A stretch of 64,000 nucleotides of DNA, taken from assembly GCA_963712535.1 (NCBI GenBank), contig CAVQIK010000008.1:34798-98797 (forward strand), read 5' to 3'. Under the pieces are notes generated by a model that saw nothing but the letters and a program-made list of their open reading frames with translations, had not been told where the DNA came from and searched no databases. The DNA is from an uncultured delta proteobacterium. GTDB lineage: Bacteria; Desulfobacterota; SM23-61. How positions within the stretch are numbered: position 1 is the first letter of the stretch; each line of letters starts with the position of its first letter. This document shows, one piece after another, positions 7,890 to 17,934 of this stretch. Position numbers and translations under genes: made by a program.

Positions 7890-10004
7890 TTATTCCTCCC
7901 TCGAGAGCAGGACCAAAGACCGGGAATCGACAACCACTTTATCTCCCGCGGAAAAGACCTCTTCCTGATCGGCGAACTTCATTTCACTGGTTGCCAGGAT
8001 CTTCTTCCATTTCCGGCCCCAGCGGGGTTCGGGAAGGGTGAAGGGAATGGGTTCATGGTGGGCGTTGAAGAGGAGGTAAAAACTCTTGTCCGTGATTCTC
8101 TCACCCCGCGCGTCCAGGTTCGGGATCGCGTCGCCGTTCAGGAAAGCGGCCATCGATTTCGCGAACCCTTCTCCCCAGTGTTCTTCCGTCATCTCCGTCC
8201 CGTCGGGGGCAAACCAGCCGATGTCGGTAATATCCGTTCCGTGAATCGGCCGCCCCTGAAACCATCGGGGCCGCCGGAAGATCGAATGTTCCCGTCGAAA
8301 TTTGATAAGCTTGTGGGTAAATTCAAGAAGATCCTTGTCCGCGGCGGCCCAATCGTACCAGGAGATCTCATTGTCCTGGCAGTAGGTGTTGTTGTTCCCC
8401 TTTTTCGTCCGGCCGATTTCATCCCCCGCCAGGAGCATGGGCACGCCCTGGGAGAGAAACAGGGTTGCCAGAAAGTTCCTCTTCTGCTTGGCCCGCAGGT
8501 TCAGAATTTCCGGATTGTCGGTCGGTCCCTCAGCCCCACAGTTCCAGGACCGGTTATGGCTCTCCCCGTCCCGGTTCTCTTCCCCGTTGGCCTCATTGTG
8601 TTTCTCGTTGTAGGAGACGAGGTCATGAAGAGTGAAGCCGTCGTGCGCGGTGATGAAATTGATGCTGGAGAAAGGGCGGCGCCCGGTGGCTTCGTACAGA
8701 TCCGAGCTCCCCGTCAGCCGGTAGGCGAACTCCCCCAGGTTCCGGTCCTCCCCCCGCCAGAAGTCCCGGGCGCAGTCCCTGTATTTGCCGTTCCATTCCG
8801 ACCAGAGAGGCGGAAAATTGCCCACCTGGTACCCTCCTTCCCCCACGTCCCACGGCTCGGCGATGAGTTTCACCTGGTTCACCACCGGGTCCTGCTGGAT
8901 CAGGTCGAAGAAAGCGGCCAGTCGGTCCACGGCGTGGAGCTCCCGGGCCAGGGTGGCTGCCAGGTCGAAACGAAACCCGTCGACGTGCATGTCCAGCACC
9001 CAGTACCGGAGGGAGTCCATGATGAGTTGGAGGACGTGAGGATGGCGCATGTTGAGGCTGTTCCCGGTCCCGGTGTAATCCTGGTAATACTGCCGCTTGT
9101 CGGAGACCAGGTGGTAGTACGCGGCGTTATCGATGCCTTTGAAGCAAAGCTGCGGGCCCAGGTGATTTCCTTCCGCCGTGTGGTTGTACACCACATCCAG
9201 AATGACCTCGATTCCGGCGTTGTGCAGATCCTTCACCATCTGCTTGAACTCCTGGACCTGCTGCCCTTTCTGGCCCCGGCCTGAGTATTCGTTATGCGGG
9301 GCGAAGTACCCGATGGAATTGTACCCCCAGTGGTTGCGCAGCCCTCGCTTAATCAGGTGAGGATCATGAATGAACTGGTGAACGGGCATGAGCTCCACGG
9401 CTGTGATCCCCAGGTTCAGCAGGTACTCGATCATCGCCGGATGGGCCAGGCCCTCGTACTTGCCCCGCACTTCAGGGGGAACATCGGGATGCCGCATAGT
9501 GAAATCTTTGACGTGAGCCTCGTAAATCATCGTTTCATTCAAAGGGACTCGAGGAGACTGGTCCCGTTCCCAATCAAAGTACGGGTTGATGACGACGGAT
9601 TTGGGGACAAAGGGCGCGTTGTCATCCGTGTTCGGCGGTCCCTCGGGCTCCTTGAAGGAGTATGGGAAAACCGCTTCGTTCCACTGGACCTCCCCTTCAA
9701 TCGCCTTGGCGTACGGGTCCAGGAGGACTTTCGCCGGGTTGCACCGGTGCCCCTGGTCGGGGGCCCACGGCCCGTGTACCCGGAACCCGTACTGCTGTCC
9801 GGGTCCCAGCCCCGGGATGTAGCCATGGCGGCAAAAGGCGGTGACTTCCGGCAGATCCACGCGGGTCTGGTTCCCGTTTTCGTCAAAAAGGCAGAGTTCC
9901 ACTTTCTCCGCCACTTCGGAAAAAAGGGAGAAGTTCGTGCCCGACCCGTCGTAGGTTGCTCCCAGGGGATAAGGCTTTCCCGGCCAGACCTTGCTGGTAG
10001 GCAT
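7890..10004 (-). CDS. glgX: Glycogen debranching enzyme GlgX (GH13 isoamylase)
   Basis: VWPGKPYPLGAT, NHWGYNSIGYFAP, DVVYNHTAEG, VDGFRFDLA, LIAEPWD, FITAHDGFTL. RBS GAGGAG before ATG 10004. Confidence 0.97.
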   Translation of the reverse strand: MPTSKVWPGKPYPLGATYDGSGTNFSLFSEVAEKVELCLFDENGNQTRVDLPEVTAFCRHGYIPGLGPGQQYGFRVHGPWAPDQGHRCNPAKVLLDPYAKAIEGEVQWNEAVFPYSFKEPEGPPNTDDNAPFVPKSVVINPYFDWERDQSPRVPLNETMIYEAHVKDFTMRHPDVPPEVRGKYEGLAHPAMIEYLLNLGITAVELMPVHQFIHDPHLIKRGLRNHWGYNSIGYFAPHNEYSGRGQKGQQVQEFKQMVKDLHNAGIEVILDVVYNHTAEGNHLGPQLCFKGIDNAAYYHLVSDKRQYYQDYTGTGNSLNMRHPHVLQLIMDSLRYWVLDMHVDGFRFDLAATLARELHAVDRLAAFFDLIQQDPVVNQVKLIAEPWDVGEGGYQVGNFPPLWSEWNGKYRDCARDFWRGEDRNLGEFAYRLTGSSDLYEATGRRPFSSINFITAHDGFTLHDLVSYNEKHNEANGEENRDGESHNRSWNCGAEGPTDNPEILNLRAKQKRNFLATLFLSQGVPMLLAGDEIGRTKKGNNNTYCQDNEISWYDWAAADKDLLEFTHKLIKFRREHSIFRRPRWFQGRPIHGTDITDIGWFAPDGTEMTEEHWGEGFAKSMAAFLNGDAIPNLDARGERITDKSFYLLFNAHHEPIPFTLPEPRWGRKWKKILATSEMKFADQEEVFSAGDKVVVDSRSLVLLSREE

Positions 10005-10162
10005 AAGGTTACTCCTCACCGAATGATTTCCGCGCAGAGACGCGGGGCCGCAGAGAATTCATCGGAGACCTCGTTGAAGAATAATCGTCTCCATCCCAGC
10101 GGCGCTGCGGAACAGGTTATGAGCTCTGAAGTTTCTGCCTCGACGGCCGGGGACTCCGCGCG

Positions 10163-11038
10163 TTATTTCGCCTGCGAGGAATTTAACTCTTTCTCCCCCT
10201 TTGATTTCCCCTCGGGGTGATAGTGCTCGATGACCGCGTTGATTTCCGAACCGATCAGAATGACCACCCCGGCCATGTAAAGCCACATGAGCAAGATGAT
10301 CACCGCCCCGAGGCTGCCGTAGGTTGCGCCGTAGTTTCCGAAATTAGAGACATAGTAGCGAAAGCCCAGGGAAGCCAGAACGAGAAGAACCGCCCCGACG
10401 ACGCTCCCCGGGCTGATGAACCGGAATTCCTGTTCCACATCCGGGCCGTAGTAATAGATAACGGCAAACCCCAGCAGCAGAAAAAACCCGATGATCACCC
10501 ATCTCAGGGTCGCGAAAACAGTGAGCAGGAGATCGCTCGTTCCGATGACGTTGCCGATCCGGTCCTGGATCACGCCCCCGAAGACCACCAGGGCGAACGC
10601 GCCAATGACCAAAATGAAAAAAAGGAGGGTAAGCAGGACGGCGATGCCGCGGGATTTCCAGAACGGGCGGCCCTCCTTCACGTCGTAGGTGATGTTGAGT
10701 TGCTGCATGACGGCGTATAACCCGCTCGACGCCGACCACAGGGTAAGCAAAAACCCGAAGGTGAGGACCCCTCCCCCTTTTTTCTGGGAGGTGATGTCCG
10801 TTACCGTTCCCTCGAAAAGGCCGGCAGCCTGCTCCGGCAATACCTGGTGCAGAAGGTCCATGATGGCCTGCTCCAGGTTGGCGACAGGGAGGTAGGGAAG
10901 GAGCGAGAGCAGAAAAATGGTTGCCGGGAAAATCGCGAGCAGGAGATAGAACGATAACGCCGCGGCCCCGGTAAACACATTGTCCTCGTCGATTTCGTTC
11001 CACAATTCCGCCAGGAATTGCTTCCCGCCCACTCTCAT
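10163..11038 (-). CDS. YihY/virulence factor BrkB family membrane protein
   Basis: AAALSFYLLLAIFP, LWSASSG, YVSNFGNYGATYGSLGAVIILLMWLY and GSEINA motifs. Confidence 0.92.
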   Translation of the reverse strand: MRVGGKQFLAELWNEIDEDNVFTGAAALSFYLLLAIFPATIFLLSLLPYLPVANLEQAIMDLLHQVLPEQAAGLFEGTVTDITSQKKGGGVLTFGFLLTLWSASSGLYAVMQQLNITYDVKEGRPFWKSRGIAVLLTLLFFILVIGAFALVVFGGVIQDRIGNVIGTSDLLLTVFATLRWVIIGFFLLLGFAVIYYYGPDVEQEFRFISPGSVVGAVLLVLASLGFRYYVSNFGNYGATYGSLGAVIILLMWLYMAGVVILIGSEINAVIEHYHPEGKSKGEKELNSSQAK

Positions 11039-11321
11039 GATTTGTCGCCCTTTTCTGGTACCGGCAGGCGGAGGCATTTCGGAGTCCTGCAATTCTTAGG
11101 GTAATAGGGATGCATCCGGAAGAAAATAAGGTCAAGTCGTTATTTTCGTCGGAAAAGGCATGCAGGGAAATTATTTTTCCCCTGCAAATATCCGTGTTTT
11201 GCACCTTCGGGGTCCAATTGGACAGGAAGGGGAAAAGGAGGGCCGTCCAGCCCGGAAGACCCCCCTCTCCGTCGCAGGAGAGGGGGGTTGAGGCCGACTC
11301 ATGGGGATGTGTCCGTATTTC

Positions 11322-12443
11322 TCAGTTCAGCTTTCTTCCCTGATCGGTTACGGTCTCCAGAAACCCGGCGATTTCCCGGTTGAGAAACTCCACGTCGGCC
11401 GGGATAACGCCACCCGCGGCGAGGTGCCCCGTGACGGAGGACGGGTTAATGGTCACGCAGCGCACGTCCCGGATGTACCTCGCCGCCTCAATCGGTTCCC
11501 ACTCCGGATTCAGAAGATCATTCACCCCGGTCATGATCAGCGTTTTGGCTTTAATCGACTGGAGCGCTTTTACCATGTCGCCCCCCATGCCCGGGGTCGT
11601 GCTGAGGTCGTGGGCGTCATAGGCCCAGGTCTGGTAGATGTAATCGTTTGGGTCGAAATTCTTTAACATGGGTTCTTCGGTTTTTTTGAGCCAGGGCAGC
11701 ACGTCAAGCCCGGTCGCGAAGAGCGGCCGGTAGGCGGTCGGGTTCCGGGACATTACGAAGACCTGGAGTTCGCGCCACAGGCGGAGATTCCCCTCGGAGA
11801 GGCTGGTGTAGTTCCCGTTGTTCCAGGCCGGGTCCAGCATGAGCGCCTTGCGCGTGGTCTCCAGCATCAGGACGGTCCAGGCGGGCGTTTTCGCGAGGGG
11901 CACGAGGGCGACGAGGCTGTCCATGAAGTCGGGGTAGCTCACTCCCCACTGCAGGGCCTGCATCCCCCCCATGGAGGGGCCGACCACGGCAACCGCCCGG
12001 CTGATCCCGAGATGGTCCTTCATTAAGCGGTACTGGGATTGCACCATGTCGCGAATGGTGAAACGGGGGAACTGCATCCGCGGCTGGGTCTTGCTGTTGG
12101 AGGGCGAAGTGGTGAGCCCGTTCCCGATGGCGTCGGTCGCCACAACAAAGTACTTGCTTGTGTCCAGCGCTTTTCCCGGCCCGATGAGGAAATCCAGCCG
12201 GTGGTGGTTCCCGCTGATCGCCGTGACCATAAGGATGGCATTCGATTTTTTGGCATTGAGGACTCCGTGGGTGACATAAGAGATGGCGAAATCCCGGATC
12301 ACCTCTCCGCTCTCCAGCTTGAAATCCCCCATCTGAAAAAACTGGTGAGGCGCGGCCGAGGGCCCATGGGCCAGGGCGAGCGCGGAAAGAGTCAGGATGA
12401 AAGATCCCACCGCCAGAATGATTGCCCCTTTTCTCTTGACCAT
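11322..12443 (-). CDS. Exported alpha/beta hydrolase, homoserine O-acetyltransferase-like
   Basis: Signal peptide (KRK...LSALALA), MetX-like N-terminus, GPSMGG nucleophile elbow, D...H triad (GVNDLL, VTGHLA). Confidence 0.8.
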   Translation of the reverse strand: MVKRKGAIILAVGSFILTLSALALAHGPSAAPHQFFQMGDFKLESGEVIRDFAISYVTHGVLNAKKSNAILMVTAISGNHHRLDFLIGPGKALDTSKYFVVATDAIGNGLTTSPSNSKTQPRMQFPRFTIRDMVQSQYRLMKDHLGISRAVAVVGPSMGGMQALQWGVSYPDFMDSLVALVPLAKTPAWTVLMLETTRKALMLDPAWNNGNYTSLSEGNLRLWRELQVFVMSRNPTAYRPLFATGLDVLPWLKKTEEPMLKNFDPNDYIYQTWAYDAHDLSTTPGMGGDMVKALQSIKAKTLIMTGVNDLLNPEWEPIEAARYIRDVRCVTINPSSVTGHLAAGGVIPADVEFLNREIAGFLETVTDQGRKLN

Positions 12444-12586
12444 GTTTCCCTCCTTGGAGATAGATTTGTTGAGGATCTGCTCCCAAATGATTCAATATCT
12501 TAACATTTTCCTGTAAACCGATTCCACCTTTGTACGTTAAAATAATCAGGAAAAGATGTGAGCTTGCATCCCGTGCGGGGAAGAAT

Positions 12587-13138
12587 GTGGCAGCCGCGAA
12601 TTCGAAAGAAACGATGACTGAATTTCTGTCCGGCGTCGAGCGGCGGGCGTTCGCCGTAGCGAAGTTCGCCTCGCGCAACACCGATGAAGCCCTGGACCTG
12701 GTGCAGGAAACGATGTTCGAGTTCGTGCGGCGCTATTCGGATGAGCCCCGGGAGAAATGGAAATCTCTTTTTTACCGGATTCTGCAAAGCCGGATTACGG
12801 ACTGGCACCGCCGGAAATCCGTGCGAACCCGAATTCTCTCCTGGCTGGGGCGGGCCGAGGGGGAAGAAGACCAAGAAGACCCCCTCCAAAGACTCCCGGA
12901 TCCCGGAGGCGCAAATCCCGAGAGAGACCTGGAGCGCCAGGAGTTGCGGGTTGCGTTGGAGCGGGCGGTGCGCCGGCTCCCGCTGCGGCAGCAGCAGGCA
13001 TTTTTGCTTAGGGCCTGGGAAGGGATGGACGTGGCCCAGGCCGCGTTTGCCATGGGATGCTCGGAGGGGACGATCAAGACTCACTACTCCCGCGCGGTCC
13101 ATACCCTGCGCGGCCTGCTGGAGGATATCCGTCCATGA
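12587..13138 (+). CDS. ECF RNA polymerase sigma factor
   Basis: DEALDLVQETM, LFYRILQSRITDWHRR, RLPLRQQQAFLLR...EG...TAFAMGCSEGTIKTHYSRA (regions 2 and 4). Start is uncertain (12530-12613). Confidence 0.92.
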   Translation: MAAANSKETMTEFLSGVERRAFAVAKFASRNTDEALDLVQETMFEFVRRYSDEPREKWKSLFYRILQSRITDWHRRKSVRTRILSWLGRAEGEEDQEDPLQRLPDPGGANPERDLERQELRVALERAVRRLPLRQQQAFLLRAWEGMDVAQAAFAMGCSEGTIKTHYSRAVHTLRGLLEDIRP

Positions 13139-13512
13139 ACCCGAATGAAGAGGAAAGAATTTTAGGAATGGTCAAAGATCTTCTGGACGACAAGGTGGAA
13201 AACCTGGACGCCCGGACGAAGAGGCGGTTGGAGCAGGCCCGGATGGACGCGCTGGACGCGGCCGGGGAAAGCCGTTGGGGATCGTTCATGCGCCGGCGCT
13301 GGCTGATGTTCGGCAGTTTCGCCACTGCGGCGACGGCGGCGGCTGCCGTTTTCATGTGGCTGCACGCCTCCCCCGGGGTTTTGCCCGCCGGACCGATCGA
13401 GGATTTCGAAATCATCACTTCGCAGGAGAGAATAGATTTTTACCAGGATCTGGATTTCTACCGCTGGCTGGCGGCAACTGAAAAAGACAGGGCGGAAGGG
13501 AAATCCTCGTGA
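13135..13512 (+). CDS. Putative anti-sigma factor (DUF3619-like)
   Basis: Overlaps the sigma stop (ATGA). RLEQARMDAL, a single TM helix, and DLDFYRWL at the C-terminus. Confidence 0.75.
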   Translation: MNPNEEERILGMVKDLLDDKVENLDARTKRRLEQARMDALDAAGESRWGSFMRRRWLMFGSFATAATAAAAVFMWLHASPGVLPAGPIEDFEIITSQERIDFYQDLDFYRWLAATEKDRAEGKSS

Positions 13513-13564
13513 GGATGACCGGGTTCCTTCACGGCTTGCATGGACGATCGCCGGGGGGCGGAAA

Positions 13565-14083
13565 ATGATCAGTTTCTCATTCGGGGCGGCGTTCCTGATG
13601 CTTTTGATGTTCGGAACTCTTCAAGGAGAAAGCTTGGCCGTCTCCTGGAACGAGCTGAGCAAACAGGAACAGGAGATCTTGAAGCATCACCAGGAGGAAT
13701 GGAACCGGCTGCCCCCGGAACGCCAGGAACGGCTTCGGAGGGGGGCGGAACGCTGGCAGCGCATGACCCCGGAGGAACGGAAGGAGGCGCAGGAGCGCTT
13801 TAAAAGGTGGCATGACATGCCCCCCGAGCAGAGGGAGATGATCCGTAAGAAGTACCGGGATTTCCACAGGCTCCCCTCTGAAGAGCAGGAAAGGATCCGG
13901 CGTGAGTCGCAGGCTTTTTGGGAACTGCCGGCAGAGCAGCGGCAGGAGCTCCTGGACAGGTGGCACAAGATGTCAGAAGAAGAGCGCAATGAGGCCCGGG
14001 CCAGGTGGAAATCGATGACCGTCGAGCAGCAGCGTGAGCTTCTGAAAAAGGAACTCGAAAAAGGGAAAGGGAACAAACCTTAA
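13565..14083 (+). CDS. DUF3106-like exported helical-repeat protein
   Basis: Signal peptide followed by repeated W/F-x-x-L/M-P/S-P/E-E-R/Q units. Confidence 0.8.
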   Translation: MISFSFGAAFLMLLMFGTLQGESLAVSWNELSKQEQEILKHHQEEWNRLPPERQERLRRGAERWQRMTPEERKEAQERFKRWHDMPPEQREMIRKKYRDFHRLPSEEQERIRRESQAFWELPAEQRQELLDRWHKMSEEERNEARARWKSMTVEQQRELLKKELEKGKGNKP

Positions 14084-14296
14084 TCTTTAATGGGACGCAG
14101 ATTTTCGCAGATTTGCGCAGATCATGTAATCAAAATCAAGAATTTCAGAACAATAGCCCGAAGGAGGGTAAACGGAAACCCGGCGTGGTGCGTTAGGTAG
14201 ATTAGGAGCAAAATAGCCTCGCATGGGACGGGGCGGAAGGGCGTGAGACAAGGATTCAGATCGGGCCGGCTGTGGTGGACCCTTTCGTCGGGGGGA

Positions 14297-15755
14297 ATGA
14301 AAATGAAAACCAGAAGATTCTTTCTATTGACGATGGCAATCAGCGCTCTGGTCTTTTTCCCGCCGGTGCTTTACGGGCAGGAAGAGGGCGGAACAGTTGT
14401 CCAGAGTGCGTCAAATTCCCCGGTGGTTGCCCCGCCTCTTGTGCCCGAAGGTCTGCTGGCGGTCGAGCTGGCCAAGGCTCTGAATCTCGGGCAGGTTCAA
14501 AACGAGGCTGAGGCTGAAAACCTGCTGAGCGCGGCCGGCATCGAACCCAGGAATGGGTGGATCGGCGATTACCCGGTGACCCCGGACATCCTGGTTGAAA
14601 TCAATCAGGGCATTGCGGCGGCGGCCGATGCTCGGAAGCTGAATCTGGACAGGGACGCGGCTCTCAGGGCGGCAGACGAAACAGCGGCCAAGCTGGGGTT
14701 GATGAGCGCGGACGCCGGCGGGCCGGTTCCGCCGGATGCTGCGGGCACCTACTACGCGGAAACGCCGCCCCCGAACGGCTATTCCGCCGATCCCTACGCC
14801 ACCTATCCGGCCCCGCTACCCCCCAATGAGCAGGTCGTGAACAATTATTACTACAATAATGGGCCGCCGGTGGTTACGTATTATCCGCCCCCGGAGGCGT
14901 ATTCATACCTGTATGCCTGGGTTCCGTATCCGTTCTGGTATTCCTCGTTTCATTTTTCGGGGTTCTTCATCCTTCACGATTTTCACCGGACGGTGACCTT
15001 CCACCACCGGCCGTTCGTTATCAGCAACCATGCCGTCCATCCCCGGACGCGCACCGTGTTCCGGGTAGACCCGGTGACGAGAGGCCGCTTCGGGAGAGGA
15101 GCGGTTCCCCAGGTGTCCCCTCCGCGTCATTTCCAGACTCCTTCCGCGCAAGCCGGCGCACGCTCCATTGTCACTCAGAGCCGCCAGGGGGCCCAGCCGG
15201 TGAACCCCTCAACCGCGCCGGGCGGAAGAAACGGCTGGGTTCGAAACTCGACCGCTGGCAATAGGGGCGCACAGCAGCAGATACGCCCGATTCAGCCGGT
15301 AAATCCTCGGTTCTCAGGCGGATCGAACATCAACCGAGCGCCAAATACCACTCCGCGCGCCTCCGGCCCCAGCGTCGTGACAGTGAAACCGATCCAGCCC
15401 AGTGTGACCGAAAGGCAGAACGCAGCCGCGCAGACGGGTCCTTCGGCCCGGGGAGCCCCGCCCTTCCGGGCAGGTCTTCCAGCCCCCCGCAAACCTTCCA
15501 CAAACTTCTGCCGGCACAGGTAACTGGGCCGGGAGGACCTCCGTTCCGAACCGCGGAACCCAACCCGGAGCCTTCACGGCCAGCCGCGGAGGAGAAAGTC
15601 CCAATTCCGCCTCTCGCGGCCGGGCTTTCAGCCCGCCTTCCGCCTCGCGGATTCAGGGTTCCAGTGCGCCAGCGGGAAGATCGTCAGGTTTTTTTGGCGG
15701 GCAGCGTGGCGCCGGCGGCGGCATGAGCGTTCATGGATTTTCCGGGATGCGATAA
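14297..15755 (+). CDS. Exported hypothetical protein with Pro/Tyr-rich core and disordered tail (probable frameshift ~15.46-15.50 kb)
   Basis: Signal peptide, helical domain, YYYNNGPPVVTYYPPP...YAWVPYPFWY core. A second frame continues the Ser/Gly/Arg-rich tail to TAA 15753-15755. Confidence 0.6.
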
Positions 15756-15806
15756 AACCGCGACATTCTCGCCAAGATTGCCCCACGTCCCCCGCCCTTT
15801 AGCCCC

Positions 15807-16364
15807 TCATTTCCCCTTTTTCTTAAGGAGGCTTTCGGCGGTCCGGCTTACGGCAGGGGGTACATCCTTGCCCCGGGAAAGGACCTTCAGGTCTTTTTCG
15901 AGTAGATGAGGAAGGAAATTAAGGGAGATAGACACCGGGGTCTTGGGATTGGAGGCGAGGGCGAATCGGACCGGGTAACTTTTTCGCCACTTCTGATCTT
16001 TGGCGATTCCCAGGATGATCTCCTGGGACAGGTTTTTCCTCTGGACGTATTGCAGAACTTCTGTTTCGTTTAGCTTCTGGTTCCTGAGCACAGCGGCGGA
16101 GATGATCTTGTTCGGGTCGTGGATGAGAAGATTCCTCGCTTCCCGATTTCCCAGGACCGCAAGACGAAATTTTTCCGGAGCCCCCATCGCCAGGATTTTA
16201 CGACCCAGTTTCTCCCGTTCTTCCGCCGTGTAATCTTCCTGGGGTTCACGGACGAATTCAAGCGGAAGGCTTCCGGCGTCCTCCTCCGTGACCTCGACTG
16301 CCTCGGGGAACGCCTCATCTCTTATGGGCAGGAGCTGCCACGAATCTTCCTTTTCATCACCCAT
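15807..16364 (-). CDS. Conserved hypothetical protein (helical repeat)
   Basis: 185-aa ORF with EKFRLAVLGNREARNLLI.DPNKII..AVL.N and VRFALASNPKTP, a domain recalled from deltaproteobacteria. Confidence 0.7.
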   Translation of the reverse strand: MGDEKEDSWQLLPIRDEAFPEAVEVTEEDAGSLPLEFVREPQEDYTAEEREKLGRKILAMGAPEKFRLAVLGNREARNLLIHDPNKIISAAVLRNQKLNETEVLQYVQRKNLSQEIILGIAKDQKWRKSYPVRFALASNPKTPVSISLNFLPHLLEKDLKVLSRGKDVPPAVSRTAESLLKKKGK

Positions 16365-16515
16365 TCGATCCTCGCCTGTCTTCTTCTACTTGAAATTCTG
16401 ACCTGCCGGTGAGCCGCCCACTACTCAGGGTCGGGGGACCTTTTGGTGAGCGCGGGAGCAGGTCAAAGCCCGGGGCCCCGCCACCCCATCGAAGGCCTTT
16501 CACCTTTCAAGGCCA

Positions 16516-17208
16516 TCAGTATTCGAAATAAAGGGGTAAGGCAACGGGCATCGTGAAAGGCAAACGAACCTCCTGGTACGGGAGAACCGGCATGCAGGTG
16601 GAACTCCGGGGACGGCATTCCCGGCCCCCTCCCCAGTCCGGCGCCGAAACCGAGCGGATATCTTTGCACTCCGACTCCGCATCTTCAGGCCGGAGATACG
16701 CCAGCCCGGATCTCACGATCTGGTAGCGCAAATTCGTGTCCACGTAGGAATTCCCCGTGCAACCTTCCCCCTCAAAATACAGGTACACCGAGGGAAAGAA
16801 CGGGTCCAGATCTCCTGTGTTCGAGGATATGGTGATGAACCGGGAAAGCGAGGGAATGAATACGGAAAGATACCCCTCCAGGTCGTTTGGCAGAATTCCA
16901 AGAAACTGTCCTTTTGCGTCGTACACCCGGGGTCCCTGCACAACTTTCACGCTGCTCGAGGAGCTGGACCCGGCCGGCCCTTGAGGTCCTGCCGGTCCCA
17001 TGGGCCCCTGGGGACCCTGCGGGCCTGTTTTATTCCAGAAGATCGGGTTCTCGGAGGATCGGCAGGCGCCCGGGCTGCTTACGATTCTTAGTTGCCCGTC
17101 ATTCTTCTGGAAGCACCCATGAATCCCATTTCCCTGGCCGTAACTCGGCATTCCCGACGCTATGAGAAATGCAAAAATCGCTCCAAGGAAAAAAATCGCA
17201 ATTTTCAT
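16516..17208 (-). CDS. Exported protein with short collagen-like repeat
   Basis: RBS GAGGAGG, signal peptide, IHGCFQKNDGQLRIV...C, GPQGPQGPMGPAGPQGPAG, and a Cys-containing C-terminal domain. Confidence 0.75.
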   Translation of the reverse strand: MKIAIFFLGAIFAFLIASGMPSYGQGNGIHGCFQKNDGQLRIVSSPGACRSSENPIFWNKTGPQGPQGPMGPAGPQGPAGSSSSSSVKVVQGPRVYDAKGQFLGILPNDLEGYLSVFIPSLSRFITISSNTGDLDPFFPSVYLYFEGEGCTGNSYVDTNLRYQIVRSGLAYLRPEDAESECKDIRSVSAPDWGGGRECRPRSSTCMPVLPYQEVRLPFTMPVALPLYFEY

Positions 17209-17643
17209 ATGACCTCCTCTCGATGATGGATCCATTCCATGTCCATGCTCGACTGCATCGACCTGAAAACTGCGCCTTGGGAACAGCAAGAAAAAGGCCA
17301 AGGAGCAGCATCCGCAGAACTCGGAAATTATTTGGTTTTATCTGAAATCAAGGGTCTAGGGCGGGTTCGAAATTGAGATTTTGTAGTTCATATATGTACA
17401 TCGTCAAATCATCAGGTAAATTTTTCTGATGCCCGTTAAGCCTGCCAATTCGCGGCTGAACGAATCATGACGGTTGGCGCAGGATTCCCTGAAAACCATT
17501 TCCCGGAAATTGGCATCAAAAAATAGGAAACGAGGGAGGGCCTATGGAGGGTGAGTCGTCCGCACGTAGCGGGTAGGCGGCAGGGGCGAAGGCAGTTGCA
17601 TTGAGGGTCAAATCTTACAAATCGAGCTTTTGTGAGGTAAAAA

Positions 17644-17826
17644 ATGGCCAAGCTATTAAACTGCGGGGATGTGGATCTCGAGTGTGATTACATCTGCGCG
17701 GAAACGGAAGAGGATCTCCTCAACAGGGCCGGCCAGTACGCGAGAGTGGATCAGACCGGGGTCGAGATCCCGAGTGAATTTCAGGACAGGGTTCGTTCCC
17801 TCATGCGTACCCTTGATCATTGCTAG
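17644..17826 (+). CDS. DUF1059-like small protein
   Basis: MAKLLNCGDVDLECDYICAETEEDLL pattern with RBS GAGG. Confidence 0.7.
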   Translation: MAKLLNCGDVDLECDYICAETEEDLLNRAGQYARVDQTGVEIPSEFQDRVRSLMRTLDHC

Positions 17827-17934
17827 CCGTCTGGGAATAACGGAGAGGCATTTGAGCGCGCTCCGCGAGGATATGTCCGGGGGATGGGAGGGGCGCGGTA
17901 ACCGCGCCCCAGGAAAAGAGGGAGGGCAGCCCCC

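Noticed and set aside
7833-9284. 483-aa plus-strand ORF
   Set aside because: Antisense shadow of glgX with no recognisable motifs. Typical of GC-rich DNA.
14160-14290. Riboswitch in long leaders (also 17210-17640, 23000-23330)
   Set aside because: No conserved c-di-GMP, SAM, TPP, cobalamin or glycine riboswitch motifs were recognisable by eye. An Rfam scan would be needed.
16516-17208. Prophage tail fibre
   Set aside because: It has a signal peptide, only six collagen triplets, and no phage genes nearby.
17644-17826. Recoded stop after the terminal Cys of the DUF1059-like protein
   Set aside because: The stop is TAG, the domain looks complete, and no meaningful continuation follows.
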